The notes below the pieces were generated by a model. The model had not been told where the DNA came from, made no database searches, and saw only the letters and a list, made by a program, of their open reading frames with translations. The position numbers were made by a program, and so were the translations under genes. Positions 1 to 12,303 of a stretch of 64,000 nt of DNA are shown in pieces. Each line of letters begins with the position of its first letter. Within the stretch, counting starts at the first letter, position 1. The stretch comes from Octopus bimaculoides (taxonomy: Eukaryota), in assembly GCF_001194135.2 (NCBI RefSeq), contig NC_068984.1, positions 120,888,086-120,952,085 of the forward strand, read 5' to 3'.

Positions 1-46
<46 letters not shown>

Positions 47-48
47 TG

Positions 49-145
49 TGTCCCCCCCCCAATACCAACGATTGACAACCGATGTTGGTGCGTTTACGTT
101 GCCCTAACTTAGTGCTTCGTCAAAATGGCTCGATAGAATAAGTAC
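49..145 (+). mobile_element. SINE family B (CORE-like, internal microsatellite), 3' half fragment
   Basis: gacaaccgatgttggtgcgtttacgt...cgatagaataagtac matches the post-microsatellite segment of the copies at 17193 and 21050. Confidence 0.7.
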
Positions 146-789
146 ACACACTCATATTGTATGAGCGTGTGTATGTGTTTTTGTGTAAATTTTCATTTGA
201 AGACGGTCGATTAATAATCTGTACTACATATATTGAGAACTTTTTCTCCTTTTATAAAAGCGTCTCTGTACGTATCCTTTCTCTACCTCGCTACCTCGTT
301 GTGCGCGCGCGTGCGTGTGTATGTGTGTGCGAGCGCGCGCGTGTACAGGCGACGATAACCACAATGTTTAACCCACATATAAATGGATGTCAGGAACTTC
401 TTAAAATTATTTTTTAATGAAATATTATAAGATACACTTTTTTTTTTATCACTTAACCCAATTTCGATTCTCACATCCTTTTCTTAGGATCTTTGTGGGA
501 GGGCGGGAAACAAACCTCACAACTCCAGACCCCACCTAATCTCGAAGATTAAGTAGTATGCTGCATTTATCACATTCGAGATAAAAAATATATTTATGTC
601 TTATATAAGCAAATAGTCTCAAATTTAGAAGAGCAAAGAATTTGTGAGTGTGAGATTTTGTGTGAAGTTCATGACTTTCTCATAGTCGTAGAAAGCAGAA
701 GTTAAATTGATTGGGGACGCACTGACTTCAAGTATGTAACCTCTATAGGGGGTGAATGGGTAAAGTAAGCTGCGAAGAGGGCAAAGTAA

Positions 790-1585
790 ACGGGACTTTG
801 CAGTGTAGTCGGTGAATTGCCAGAGTAGGTAGTACATTGACAGAGTAGTTGTCGAATCGAAAGGGTAGGTAATGAATTGGCAGCGTAGCTCCTAAATTGG
901 CAGGGTAGGTGGCGAATTGGTAGAGTAGAAGGCGAATTGGCGAATTGGTGAATTGGCAGGGTAAGTAGCGAATTGGCAGGATAGGTGACATATTGGCTGT
1001 GTAGATGGTGAATATATAGTGCAGACGGGTGAATTGGCAGAGTGAGTGGAGTAGCAGAGTTGGTGGTGAATTGCCAGTGTAGCTGGTGAGTTGGCAGGGT
1101 AGGTGGTTAACTGGAAGTGTCGTTGGTGCATTGGTAGCGTAGCCGATGGTTAATTGGCAGTGTAGGTGGTGTATAGGCTGTATATGTGGTGAATTGGCAG
1201 GTATGTGGTTAATAGCTCGAGTAGGTGGTGAACTGGCAGTATATGTAGTGAACTGGCAGAGTAGGTGGTGAATTGCCAATGCAGCTGGTGATTTGGCAGG
1301 GTAGGTGGTTAATTGGTAGCGTAGATGGGGAATTGGTAGTGTAGGTGGTAAATTGGTAGTATAGGTGTGCTTAATTGGCAAGGTAGATGGTGAAGTGGCA
1401 GCGTAGATGATGAACTAGCTGGGTAAGTGGTGAATTGGCAGTGTAGGTGATGAATTGGTTCGGTAAAGGGTGAATTGGCAAGGTAGATAGATGGTGAATT
1501 GACAGTATAGATGGCATATCGTCACGACAAATGGTGAATTAGCAGGGTAGGTTGTGAATTGGCAGGATAGGTGATGAATCAGCAA
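790..1585 (+). repeat. Degenerate ~20-bp minisatellite, consensus GGTGAATTGGCAGGGTAGGT
   Basis: Tens of consecutive units with a conserved GGTGAATTGGCAG core and a variable 3' part; G-rich on the plus strand. Confidence 0.9.
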
Positions 1586-2752
1586 TGCCATTAAAGCCCA
1601 TTATTTATTCCGACATTACATGACCTACTAGATATAACAACAAAATCTTCCTCAAATCACTTCTTAAATTCTTATATCCAAGAAAGGATACGTTAAAGTT
1701 CCTTGAATCCTCAAACATTTTACTTTTCATCTTTTAGAACAGATTTCTTGTTTTCTATTACGATTTTCATTTCTTTTGTCACTTTTTTCCGACTCTTTCA
1801 GGCAGTCTGCCATACCTTCATATCTTCTAGATCTTCCTCATCATAGCAAGATTATAGCGTGGCATTGTTTCTTATGACTGAGTGGGGTATCCTCGTATTC
1901 ATGGTCGGATTCCTGATCCACACTTGGGACCTAAAACGAGGCGATCTCTGCCACTGTTTCTAGGGTTACATTTGGTGATGCCCTACTGTTACTGATGCTC
2001 TTTGTACTGTTCTTTTCCTTTCAGTTACTCCAGTTCTTCTATTTCCTCTAGGCGGAACGCTCTTACTTCCACTGTAGTAATTAGGTTTTTTACCCTGCAT
2101 TACAAGCGTTAAAGCCTCTCACTCCATATCCACTGTGGGGAAAGACTCTGGATGGAAACTTCTTGTGATTAGGACTTTTATGTCTAGAAATTCACGTGAT
2201 CACATATCGTTAGAGTTCAAGTCAGAATTTAGCACTCTCCCGTATTGTACCAGAAATTAGCATCTGCTTAGGGATCAACATCATTTCTGTTGAGGTCCCC
2301 GTAGATCATTGTATTATACGTTCTATATATTAGGAGGCCAGTCTCTGAATAAGTGACAATGAACTATACAACTTACCCCTCACTTCCTTCTCAGTTTACG
2401 TACGTGACATATATAAAAGTACGGTATGGAATATACCCAAAGATTTTAGCCTTAACTGCGTTCGTAAATTAAATAAATTGATTAAATTTACTAGATACAC
2501 GAGACAGTAGTAAATAGCTGTCATCTTTATTCTAAAACTTTACCGTGGACTGTAAAAGTGGGTCGCCTGATCGACACTATATCTTGTTCATTAACTGTCA
2601 TCAGCACAGTTAATAAACAAGCCACTTACGAAATTGTATTTAAAGCTGCTCTTCTAATGCTTGTCGCTCAATCAGATACTCATTTGACTATTAGGTACAT
2701 TTTTGTGACATATAGTTCAGTAAAACTTGCACCGCTCGATATAGATCTAACT

Positions 2753-2919
2753 CATTAGCGTAGCTAGAGTGTGTGCTGCCCGGCGCGGCCCTTCCGTTTG
2801 CTGCCCCCGGACCCCACGAAAAACATATATATTGCCTACAGTAGACCCAAAAGTGCCACTCCTGTAAAAGTGCCACTCCTTTAAAAGTGCCGCCCGCCTC
2901 ACCCCTAGCTACGCTAGAG
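2753..2919. mobile_element. Short non-autonomous hAT-like MITE
   Basis: Inverted termini TAGCGTAGCTAG (2756-2767) / CTAGCTACGCTA (2905-2916); 8-bp direct flanks ATCTAACT (2745-2752, 2920-2927); three subterminal AAAAGTGCC repeats. Confidence 0.75.
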
Positions 2920-4233
2920 ATCTAACTCCATAAATACTGGTGCTACCGTCATCTATTCTTTCGAGAGCATAAGAAAATCACCTACTGCTTTAGAGTGTAC
3001 TAATACGTCACTTTTCTCCTCGTTCTTGTTTTTTACCCTGCCTTGCCAAATAGTTGTTGTTTCAGCTAGAAGATGCATATCTAGGGTTCACCTTTTCTAG
3101 GTACCGGTGACAAGGAACGAGTCTATATTTCCACATGAGTTACAGATATTAAAATTTTTAGAATTATTTTTGTTGGGCAAAATTTGTGTTTTGATGTAAA
3201 ATATTCTCGATTGTTTTCCATGTTTTTTTTTTTCGTCTTGTGAGTTTAGACTTCGTAGTTTTACGTTCCCCTTCAATATTTTGTGTATTAAGTGGGTGTT
3301 CGGCATACGCTTGTATGTAGACGAAGAATATGTATGTATATATAATTTTTAAAAATAATAATAAACTCAGACAGATGTTTTTTTGCTGGCGTCCTGTATG
3401 GGCAAACGTTGAGAATGCTCAAAATATTTCTTGTACAAAAATAAATTTTAAAAATTATTATTCCACGTCGTTTCACTTGTTAAAAGACAGAAACTAAAAG
3501 AGTATTATTAAAAAAATTAACTAAACAGGTCCGCAGCCAATAACAAGAAGAACAGCACGAGAAGTAAACCTAAGTGGCATATAAAATTCTCTCGTACATT
3601 TTAATTTACCTTCTACAGATGGAACGTGACAAGGCAAGATAATATATACTCATTCTTCATTTATGCATCGTTTCAACCGAAGTGTGTTATTGGTGAATTC
3701 TTCCCTGGTTCTGAATTGGTATTAAATTAACTGTGAAGTTCAAGAATAGCCCTTTCTTTTATTTCAATCAAGAATGCATGTTACCTTTCGTAACACGAGG
3801 AGTTTTGCTTTTGAATTAACCTCTTGTTCCAGCAGTAACAAGGCCAAGTTACAGCCTTAATTCTCATTACAGTGGCCAACGTTCAGGCTACAGTGGCAAC
3901 CCCTTGTTATACAAGCATCACCACCATTGCTACCATGATTCCCATACCATCACCAATACCACCATCTCTCCCATCACCACTCCTCCTGCTTTTTAGCAAG
4001 TTTCAGTAAATAGAAAAAATTACACATAAACTATATGTAAAGTAACATGTATCTGTGTGGAATTAAATTGTTTTGGCATATTTCAGCACATGCCAAATGA
4101 ATGATATCGTTATATTTGATCATTTTGAATTTGGGTATATTTGAAAAAGTAAGGAAACGTCATTCCCATGTGTTCTCACAGCTCCAGACTTTTGTGTTTG
4201 AGTGTGTGTGTATCCTTCCCTAACTTCCCTCCC

Positions 4234-4322
<89 letters not shown>
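4234..4322 (+). repeat. Compound (TCTA)n(TCTG)n microsatellite
   Basis: Directly visible. Confidence 0.95.
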
Positions 4323-4522
4323 GCACACTCATGTAAGTTCTACCAGTTATTAATGATAAATACATATAACAGAGGGACTCTTTAAAAAAGAGAGATTATG
4401 ACTGATAAAATAATGAAATCAATATTTACTAAGCAAGTGAACACTATTATACAAAGAAATAATTAGACGTAAAATATCATAAAAATTATTAGAATAAAAT
4501 GTGGAAATATTATCAAGCAGCC

Positions 4523-4560
4523 AGCAGAAAACCGACCGGAGGGCGGTCTTTCTGCTAGTT
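4523..4560 (+). mobile_element. Helitron-like 3' terminus (hairpin + CTAGT)
   Basis: agcagaaaa-ccgaccggagggcggtc-ttttctgct stem-loop ending in CTAGT. Confidence 0.45.
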
Positions 4561-4944
4561 CTAATAAAAAATAATTACATTGAATAATGTAGTTATAGAT
4601 CATTCATATCTGGAAAAAAGAGGGAATGAATCGTCGACGTTGGTGCACCGTTGATTGTACTGATGCTAACATAGAGGTAGCCTAGGGTTAAACATCGCAA
4701 CTAATCCCTCCGGCCATCGACCTCGTCATCATTATCACCATCATCACCATCATCATCATTCCCTTATCTTCATCATATTGTATTAAGAGCAGGTCAGTAT
4801 TAACAGACGCAGCCAATATCCAATGGTTGAATGTTTCCGAAGAAAACCAACAAAGCTCATATTATTTTGTTAGCTCTCGGCAAACACAGCATATATTGTT
4901 AACTTTTATGGCTGAACAAATCAACATTTCTAATACTTCATTGC

Positions 4945-5040
4945 ATGCATACATACATACATACATACATACATACATACATACATACATACATACATAC
5001 ATACATACACACATACATACATACATACATACATACACAT
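4945..5040 (+). repeat. (ATAC)n microsatellite, representative of dozens of (TA)n, (CA)n, (GA)n, (ATAC)n, (GAT)n and (AGT)n tracts in the window
   Basis: Directly visible; most N-gaps abut such tracts. Confidence 0.95.
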
Positions 5041-5412
5041 ACTATTATTTACAGCATTATCTGCTNNNNNNNNNNNNNNNNNNNNNNNNNNNNNNNNNNN
5101 NNNNNNNNNNNNNNNNNNNNNNNNNNNNNNNNNNNNNNNNNNNNNNNNNNNNNNNNNNNNNNNNNNNNNNNNNNNNNNNNNNNNNNNNNNNNNNNNNNNN
5201 NNNNNNNNNNNNNNNNNNNNNNNNNNNNNNNNNNNNNNNNNNNNNNNNNNNNNNNNNNNNNNNNNNNNNNNNNNNNNNNNNNNNNNNNNNNNNNNNNNNN
5301 NNNNNNNNNNNNNNNNNNNNNNNNNNNNNNNNNNNNNNNNNNNNNNNNNNNNNNNNNNNNNNNNNNNNNNNNNNNNNNNNNNNNNNNNNNNNNNNNNNNN
5401 NNNNNNNNNNNN

Positions 5413-5482
<70 letters not shown>

Positions 5483-6078
5483 TACATACATACAAACACA
5501 CACGGTGAGAGAGGGAACGGTGAAGGGGAGAAGAGAAGAATTACAGAAAGGGTGAGAGAGAAAAAACAGAAAGGAAGAAACACACACATACGTATATACT
5601 TACATACATATATCCACACACACACACATCTACGTATACACACATGATGTGTGGGTGTGTGAACTGATCTGGAAAAAAATGTGTTTAATAAAGACTTAGT
5701 TTTATTGTATTTCTTCTTCGATTTCCGATAGTTTGACGTCTATCCCTTTTATTATGCATATACCAAACAGCTCTTCTCTTTGAAAAGAGTCTTTTGATTG
5801 AAAACGTTCAGACGAAAAATCCAATAAAACAATGTATCTTATTATTAAATGCAAAGGTTTGGCTCCAAATATTTTCAGATTTTCAAATTTTACTTCAATG
5901 CTTCAAAATTAACTTAAAAGGTATATATGTGTTCATACTTACATTCATACATACGAACATACATACATGCATGCATACATACATAATACATACATACATA
6001 CATGCATACATACATACATACATAAATACATACATACATGCATACATACGTGTATGCGTGCGTGCATGCATACATACA

Positions 6079-6110
<32 letters not shown>

Positions 6111-7159
6111 GGCTAACATACCTCAAAGAAGACATATAATAAAACAGTAATATCGTCATGTAGTGCAGACTCAATATGAATTGAGATCGCTACATCACAT
6201 CGTACTTCGAAGAATATACATTTGCAATCTAAGAATAGAAGAATGCTGCGAAATATCTACAGAGCAATAAAGAAAGTGCAGCCTTTGGAGCCCATGAAAC
6301 AACCGAAAATATCATGTAATATTTCTATGGAAGACATCACGCATATGATTAGCAACTGCTCAAAAAGGCCCCCAAGGTACTACCTCCTTAAGTGACATAC
6401 AGTTGTCATATATATATATATATATATATNNNNNNNNNNNNNNNNNNNNNNNNNNNNNNNNNNNNNNNNNNNNNNNNNNNNNNNNNNNNNNNNNNNNNNN
6501 NNNNNNNNNNNNNNNNNNNNNNNNNNNNNNNNNNNNNNNNNNNNNNNNNNNNNNNNNNNNNNNNNNNNNNNNNNNNNNNNNNNNNNNNNNNNNNNNNNNN
6601 NNNNNNNNNNNNNNNNNNNNNNNNNNNNNNNNNNNNNNNNNNNNNNNNNNNNNNNNNNNNNNNNNNNNNNNNNNNNNNNNNNNNNNNNNNNNNNNNNNNN
6701 NNNNNNNNNNNNNNNNNNNNNNNNNNNNNNNNNNNNNNNNNNNNNNNNNNNNNNNNNNNNNNNNNNNNNNNNNNNNNNNNNNNNNNNNNNNNNNNNNNNN
6801 NNNNNNNNNNNNNNNNNNNNNNNNNNNNNNNNNNNNNNNNNNNNNNNNNNNNNNNNNNNNNNNNNNNNNNNNNNNNNNNNNNNNNNNNNNNNNNNNNNNN
6901 NNNNNNNNNNNNNNNNNNTAGTTAGGGTTACTTCCAAGTTACTTCCTGATTACTATCTGAATATAAACGCGTCATCCAAATGTAAAATTTGTATTATTCT
7001 TGTCTCTCTCTGAAGGATTTCTAATAGCAAATTCCTTACATGTCTCTCTCACATATAAAACTTTGTAATTCCTAGTAGCAAATGAAATAGGTGTGATGGT
7101 GACTAAATGATAGCGAAATAATTTCCAATTTCCTGTTTTGTAGTATGTGCATGTATATG

Positions 7160-7206
<47 letters not shown>

Positions 7207-7291
7207 ATATGGGCGGATGTGAGTGTAACATATGAATATATGATATTGGTTTTTATGAATAAATAACTCTTTTTTCTTTGATTGACTACAG

Positions 7292-7730
7292 GTTAGAGTT
7301 GGTGTTATTTCCTTCAGTACAGATGCACGAGTTCATTTTGAATTGAGTGAGTCAAATAACAAAGAGATATTGAAATCAAGATTAGACACAATTAAACAGA
7401 TAAGAGGTAACACTAATATAAGCCAAGCGTTGTTAACCATGAAAGACGATTTGTTTAGCCCGGAGAATGGTGGCAGAAGAAATGTTAAAAAAATTGGTAT
7501 AATGATGACTGATGGTACTTCGCAAAATGTGACTGCTACACAGATCGCAGCGGAAAAATGTCGAGAGGAGAATATTACGCTATTTGTTATTGGCATTGGA
7601 CGGAAAGTCGACTACCACGAATTAGTACGAATTGCCAGCAAGCCAACTGAAAGATACTTAAAACTGAGTTCCACCTACGCTGCCTTAGATGTTATAAAAT
7701 CTGATGTCATTAACAACGTGATAGAAGAGG
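7292..7730 (+). CDS. Internal coding exon of a VWA-domain protein (collagen VI/matrilin-like VWA module, C-terminal ~3/4 of the domain)
   Basis: Acceptor ttttctttgattgactacag|GTT, donor GAG G|gttagt; 439 nt, phase 0 to 1. Translation VRVGVISFSTDARVHFELSESNNKE...GNTNISQAL...IGIMMTDGTSQ...LFVIGIG...ELVRIASKP has the VWA hallmarks (MIDAS Thr and TDG, VIGIG strand, EL..IAS). The DxSxS motif must lie in an upstream exon not visible here. Confidence 0.92.
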
Positions 7731-7789
7731 GTTAGTATAACTTGTTTTAATTCTTTCTGAAACATCAATAATAATACTAATGGTTTCTA

Positions 7790-7885
7790 CTATAGGCACA
7801 AATCCTGAAATTTTGAGTGAAGGGGGCTTAGTCAGTTACCTGAGTCCTTATTTTATCGATCCCGAAAGGATGAAAAGTAAAGCAA
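7790..7885 (-). mobile_element. SINE family A, 3' fragment
   Basis: Reverse complement of the family A tail and of the cctttcggggtcgataaaataag core. Confidence 0.55.
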
Positions 7886-8328
7886 TGATAGTTCCGGATT
7901 GTGTGTCCAGAAAATAATCTATTGAACACCCTGTTATTATTGATATTTCACATCCCCTATATCATTAAAGTGTTTCAAAAGTACGTGAACGTTACAAAAT
8001 CATATCAAATGATATCCGCTTGCAGATATCAGAGGCAATTTTATTCTTATTAGCTGAATGAGGTGGTCGAGTCCAAATCTTAAATTACATATTTCTACCT
8101 ATAACAACAACAATTTAAATATAGGAAAAAAATAATAGAATACAAAGCAGCAACCATAGGAATTATGTTTTCAAATAATGAAATTATTCTTTCAAATAAC
8201 TACCTGAATAACATTAGATTTATTTCCAAATACCAGTGGAGAGCAACGCCACTTAACATTCTCTCATTTCTACTCATATATTTTTGCTTATACAATGTAT
8301 TGACGATTTATTTTCTCTCTTTGAATAG

Positions 8329-8382
8329 AATGGAATTTACCATTTGCCATGGGATTGAACGAAAAGCCTACAGAAGTTCGAT
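8329..8382 (+). CDS. 54-nt symmetric (phase 1/1) exon of the VWA gene
   Basis: Acceptor ttattttctctctttgaatag|, donor |gtaagt; open in the frame set by the upstream exon: (E)WNLPFAMGLNEKPTEVR. Confidence 0.7.
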
Positions 8383-8433
8383 GTAAGTAAAACAGTAACA
8401 TTTATTAGCAAATAACATTATCAAAATAGTTTG

Positions 8434-8469
<36 letters not shown>

Positions 8470-8830
8470 AAAAAAAACAATAACAAAAAACAAAAAAACA
8501 ACAAAGTGAGGACGTGATATGGATAGTATTATTGGACGCTCAGGAAAGGAAAGAGATATATATATATATATATAGCAATAAGAAAATGGAGGAGAATATG
8601 CGGTATCCATCGACTTGCAGACAGTGTATTCCATTGAATTAATTTGTTTATTTTGCAACTAAAATGACAAAAACCACAATATACAGATGCTTATGACATA
8701 CCATGGCATATTAACAATTTAGGTTACAAATATAAAATTTTACCCGCACCCACGTNNNNNNNNNNNNNNNNNNNNNNNNNNNNNNNNNNNNNNNNNNNNN
8801 NNNTATATATATATATATATATATATATAA

Positions 8831-8894
<64 letters not shown>

Positions 8895-9339
8895 GTATGT
8901 ATGTATGTATGTATGTATATATATATATTTGTATATCAAGTAAGTTTTATTTTGATAATTCTGATGCGCACTCTATACGATCTTTTTATTATTTCGTTTT
9001 TCTCTCTCTTATTCTTTTACCTCCTCTTCTCCCACTATTCTATCGCATTACTCTGTCACTCTTTCTCCCTCACTCTTGCTCATGTGGTTCCCACGTGAAC
9101 ATCGGTCATCTTTCTTTCTTTATCTCCGTTGTAGCTGGAACAAGGAAGACGTGCTCTTGTTTGTCTCCTGTCCTAGCATGATTTACGCGTTCACCACCAC
9201 AACCTCGTTTAGGCTTAGCAGTCCTTCCTGTTTATTTTCACTCTTCTGTTTGTGTTACCTATATTGACCCTTCGCAAAATCCCAAATTTTATTTAATTTG
9301 CTTTGCGGGAGCAACTGGTTTATGGAAAACGTATATTGT

Positions 9340-10293
9340 TGTTAAATGCTCGAAATACGAGACCAGCTACGCCGATGACAGAAAAGTATCCTACTAACAT
9401 TCTAAGACTCCAGAATGACCTGAACGCAAGTGGGCAGATGAGAATAATATGCAGTTCAATGCCGCAAAATTTCACGTACTCCGCTCTCAGCCCACAGACA
9501 AATTACAACTGAAGTACACGGGACCAGCTGGCAACGTAATCCCAGAGTTATATTCAGTGCCCGACCTGGGAATCCATATAAGCAATGGTGCAACTTTCTA
9601 TGTGCACATTGCTGAGATAGCAACTGTATGCAGTCGGGTAGCAAGTTGGATCCGGAGATCCTTCACGACCAGGAACAAAGACACAATGCTTCTGCTTTGG
9701 AGAACCTTTGTCCTCAGTCGTCTGGACGACTGCTCCCAACTGTGGTCACCACAGAGCGTAAAACTAATTGCAGAACTAGAAACGATCCAACGCCATTGCA
9801 CAAAGAAGATAGACATGAGCTACTGGGAGAGGTTAAAGGAGCTGGGACTCTCCTCCCTGGAGAGGAGATGTGAGATATACGCAGTTTTATGTATATGGAA
9901 AATTATGGAGGGTCTAGCTCCACATTTCGAAATCGAAAGCTACAACAATCCCCGAACTGGACAGCACTGCACCGTGCCAAAGGTCCCATCTTCTCCATCG
10001 AGGATATGAACACAATATTGTAATAGGTTGAGATTCAAGGGACCACAATTTTTAATGCCCTACAACAGAACATCAGGGATCTGCGAGATGTAGACATGGA
10101 AGTCTTCAAAAAACTTCTAGACAGCTTTTTATCTGCAATGCCGGATGAACCCATATCTCAACAGGACGCACAAAGAAGATCGGCAACGTCCAACTCGCTA
10201 CTTCACCAGAGGCAATACTGGGAAAATCCCCGGATGCAGTAAAGGCGGTTCACCAACATGTTCTCAGTCTCTGGCTGAAACCAGTAAAAGATA
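9340..10293 (+). mobile_element. 5'-truncated CR1/L2-like LINE: end of RT and C-terminal ORF2 region, degenerate
   Basis: YADD motif at 9368-9379, LQNDLN, then VLSRLDDCSQLWSP...ELETIQR...SYWERLKELGLSSLERR; frameshifts and stops; 3' tail ends gaaaccagtaaaagataa. Confidence 0.88.
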
Positions 10294-10712
10294 ATGTGTG
10301 TGTGTCTGTGTGTGTACACACACACACACACATTTTTTCTGTTGTACCTGAAAACCTAACGATTAAAATAAACTTTTCTTATCTGAAAGGCATGTAAATT
10401 AGGGAAACAATGAAAAGTTTTGTCTCGGAGACGTAAGATAAGTCATAGTGTGTAGGAAGTTAGATAGAAATAAATACATTTTTTAAAGTGAAGATTTGAT
10501 TCTTTATTTTAAATGACGCGATAGTTTAGACAACCAGGAACAAGAAGTTCACGAAGATATAATTAAAGGAACAGAGAATTTTAGGGAGGTGTACTTACTA
10601 GGCACGTATTTTGATCTGAGACCGTTGAAACTAATACGACTGCAGCGTTGATGGCATCTGTTAGCCATTCAAAAATACACAAAAATTGTGATCTTCATAT
10701 AAACATTTACAG

Positions 10713-10834
10713 TTTGTTATATGGCGTCTACATTTTCGTCGTTCGAAACTGACAACATTAACGTTGTCAGTGACCAGGTCGCAGTTTCGAACGACACAAA
10801 TTTTGACGCAATATTCCAATCAATAAATACTTGA
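10713..10834 (+). CDS. Probable last coding exon of the VWA gene
   Basis: Acceptor catttacag|; the phase-1 frame is open for 39 codons, CYMASTFSSFETDNINVVSDQVAVSNDTNFDAIFQSINT, then TGA. It starts with the Cys expected at the end of a VWA domain. Confidence 0.6.
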
Positions 10835-11092
10835 GGGAACTTAATAGTTATATGAATTAAGTGAAGTAAATGAACCGGTTCATTTAATTTCATGGACATG
10901 GTTTTAGAACTTAAATAGCGATTGTAATTACAGTGTTCATATCACACCTAATTGGAGTTATACGGTATAGCCGAAATAGTAAGAAAGATAACATTATCAT
11001 CAGATGTAACAGCTATCGGATGTTTTAATTACGGTGGTATTCGAGGATCTTTAACACACACACACACACACGTATAAAATATATACACATAA

Positions 11093-11133
<41 letters not shown>

Positions 11134-11289
11134 TNNNNNNNNNNNNNNNNNNNNNNNNNNNNNNNNNNNNNNNNNNNNNNNNNNNNNNNNNNNNNNNNNN
11201 NNNNNNNNNNNNNNNNNNNNNNNNNNNNNNNNNNNNNNNNNNNNNNNNNNNNNNNNNNNNNNNNNNNNNNNNNNNNNNNNNNNNTATAT

Positions 11290-11318
11290 ACTAGAAGCGG
11301 CACCCGGCGTTGCCCGGG
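11290..11318 (+). mobile_element. Helitron/Helentron-like 5' terminus
   Basis: actagaagcggcacccggcgttgcccggg (ACTAG followed by a CCCGG...CCGGG inverted repeat) next to (TA)n. Confidence 0.45.
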
Positions 11319-11439
11319 AATTAATTTTTTCCTTATATACTGGAAGAAAAAAGCAAAATATGTTGTATAGAAATTTGTTATTCTAAATTCAATTTATTCT
11401 TTAATTGGGAAATGAATTCTGAATTCGTAATACAAAATA

Positions 11440-11480
<41 letters not shown>

Positions 11481-12245
11481 AATAATAAGTAAACCACAGC
11501 ACATACCCAAGGCACACAGAGCTGCGCTCGGTAGTGAAGTGAAAACACGTTATAAAAATAAAACTACTGAATAATCATAATAATAAACCGAAATACAAAA
11601 TATACCACTTTTATGAAAGAGATAAATTCTACCACATATGTTGAAAGAAAAGAGCTTCTGGGTAAACAACATTCTTTGTCTTCTGGTTTGGAGCATAGAT
11701 AAATAAGTCTTGCAAATTACCTACCCTGGAGCAACCAACATAAACCAGTGGATATATAAAATTTGGTACAAAATCACAAAAATGTTGGAGATGAGTATGA
11801 TTTATTGAATCAAGAAGTATATTGATCGGTGTATATGTTATCGTGACAGGAAGGGTGAAAGGTAAACCGACTGGCTGGAGATCCAAATCAGATTCTAAAT
11901 TAATGAAACTACATATTTTTAATTTATTCACAATTCTGTATTTCTGAGATGATGAATTTTATATCATGTATTAGACAATGGTGGCCTGATATTGGTTGCT
12001 GCATTTACTACGTTTCGGCTGTGTATGTTCCAGTCTTCTTCAAGTGCCTTGTGATTTAATTTAGTGCCCTACTTGGGATTGAACTCAGAACTTCTAGATC
12101 ATTGCACTGCATTAACTAGCGCCTCTATGAGGAAAATATTAGTTGTTGATCGGAGATGCTCCCGGATACGTTCAAAGGCGAATTATAATTAGATACACAG
12201 AATAAGTGTGTGTATGTGCGTGTATGAGAGAGAGAAAGAGAGAAA

Positions 12246-12303
<58 letters not shown>

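Noticed and set aside
743-1381. 212-aa Pro/Thr/His-rich minus-strand ORF
   Set aside because: It is the C-rich strand of the 20-bp minisatellite, which is poor in stop codons; no splice or domain support.
790-1585. CRISPR-like repeat/spacer appearance
   Set aside because: Variable parts are only a few nt and related to each other; eukaryotic context and no cas genes.
4827-6937. Long ORFs with YIHT/CVCV/X runs (also at 31.8, 33.5, 47.6, 50.0 and 59.8 kb)
   Set aside because: Translations of microsatellites and N-gaps.
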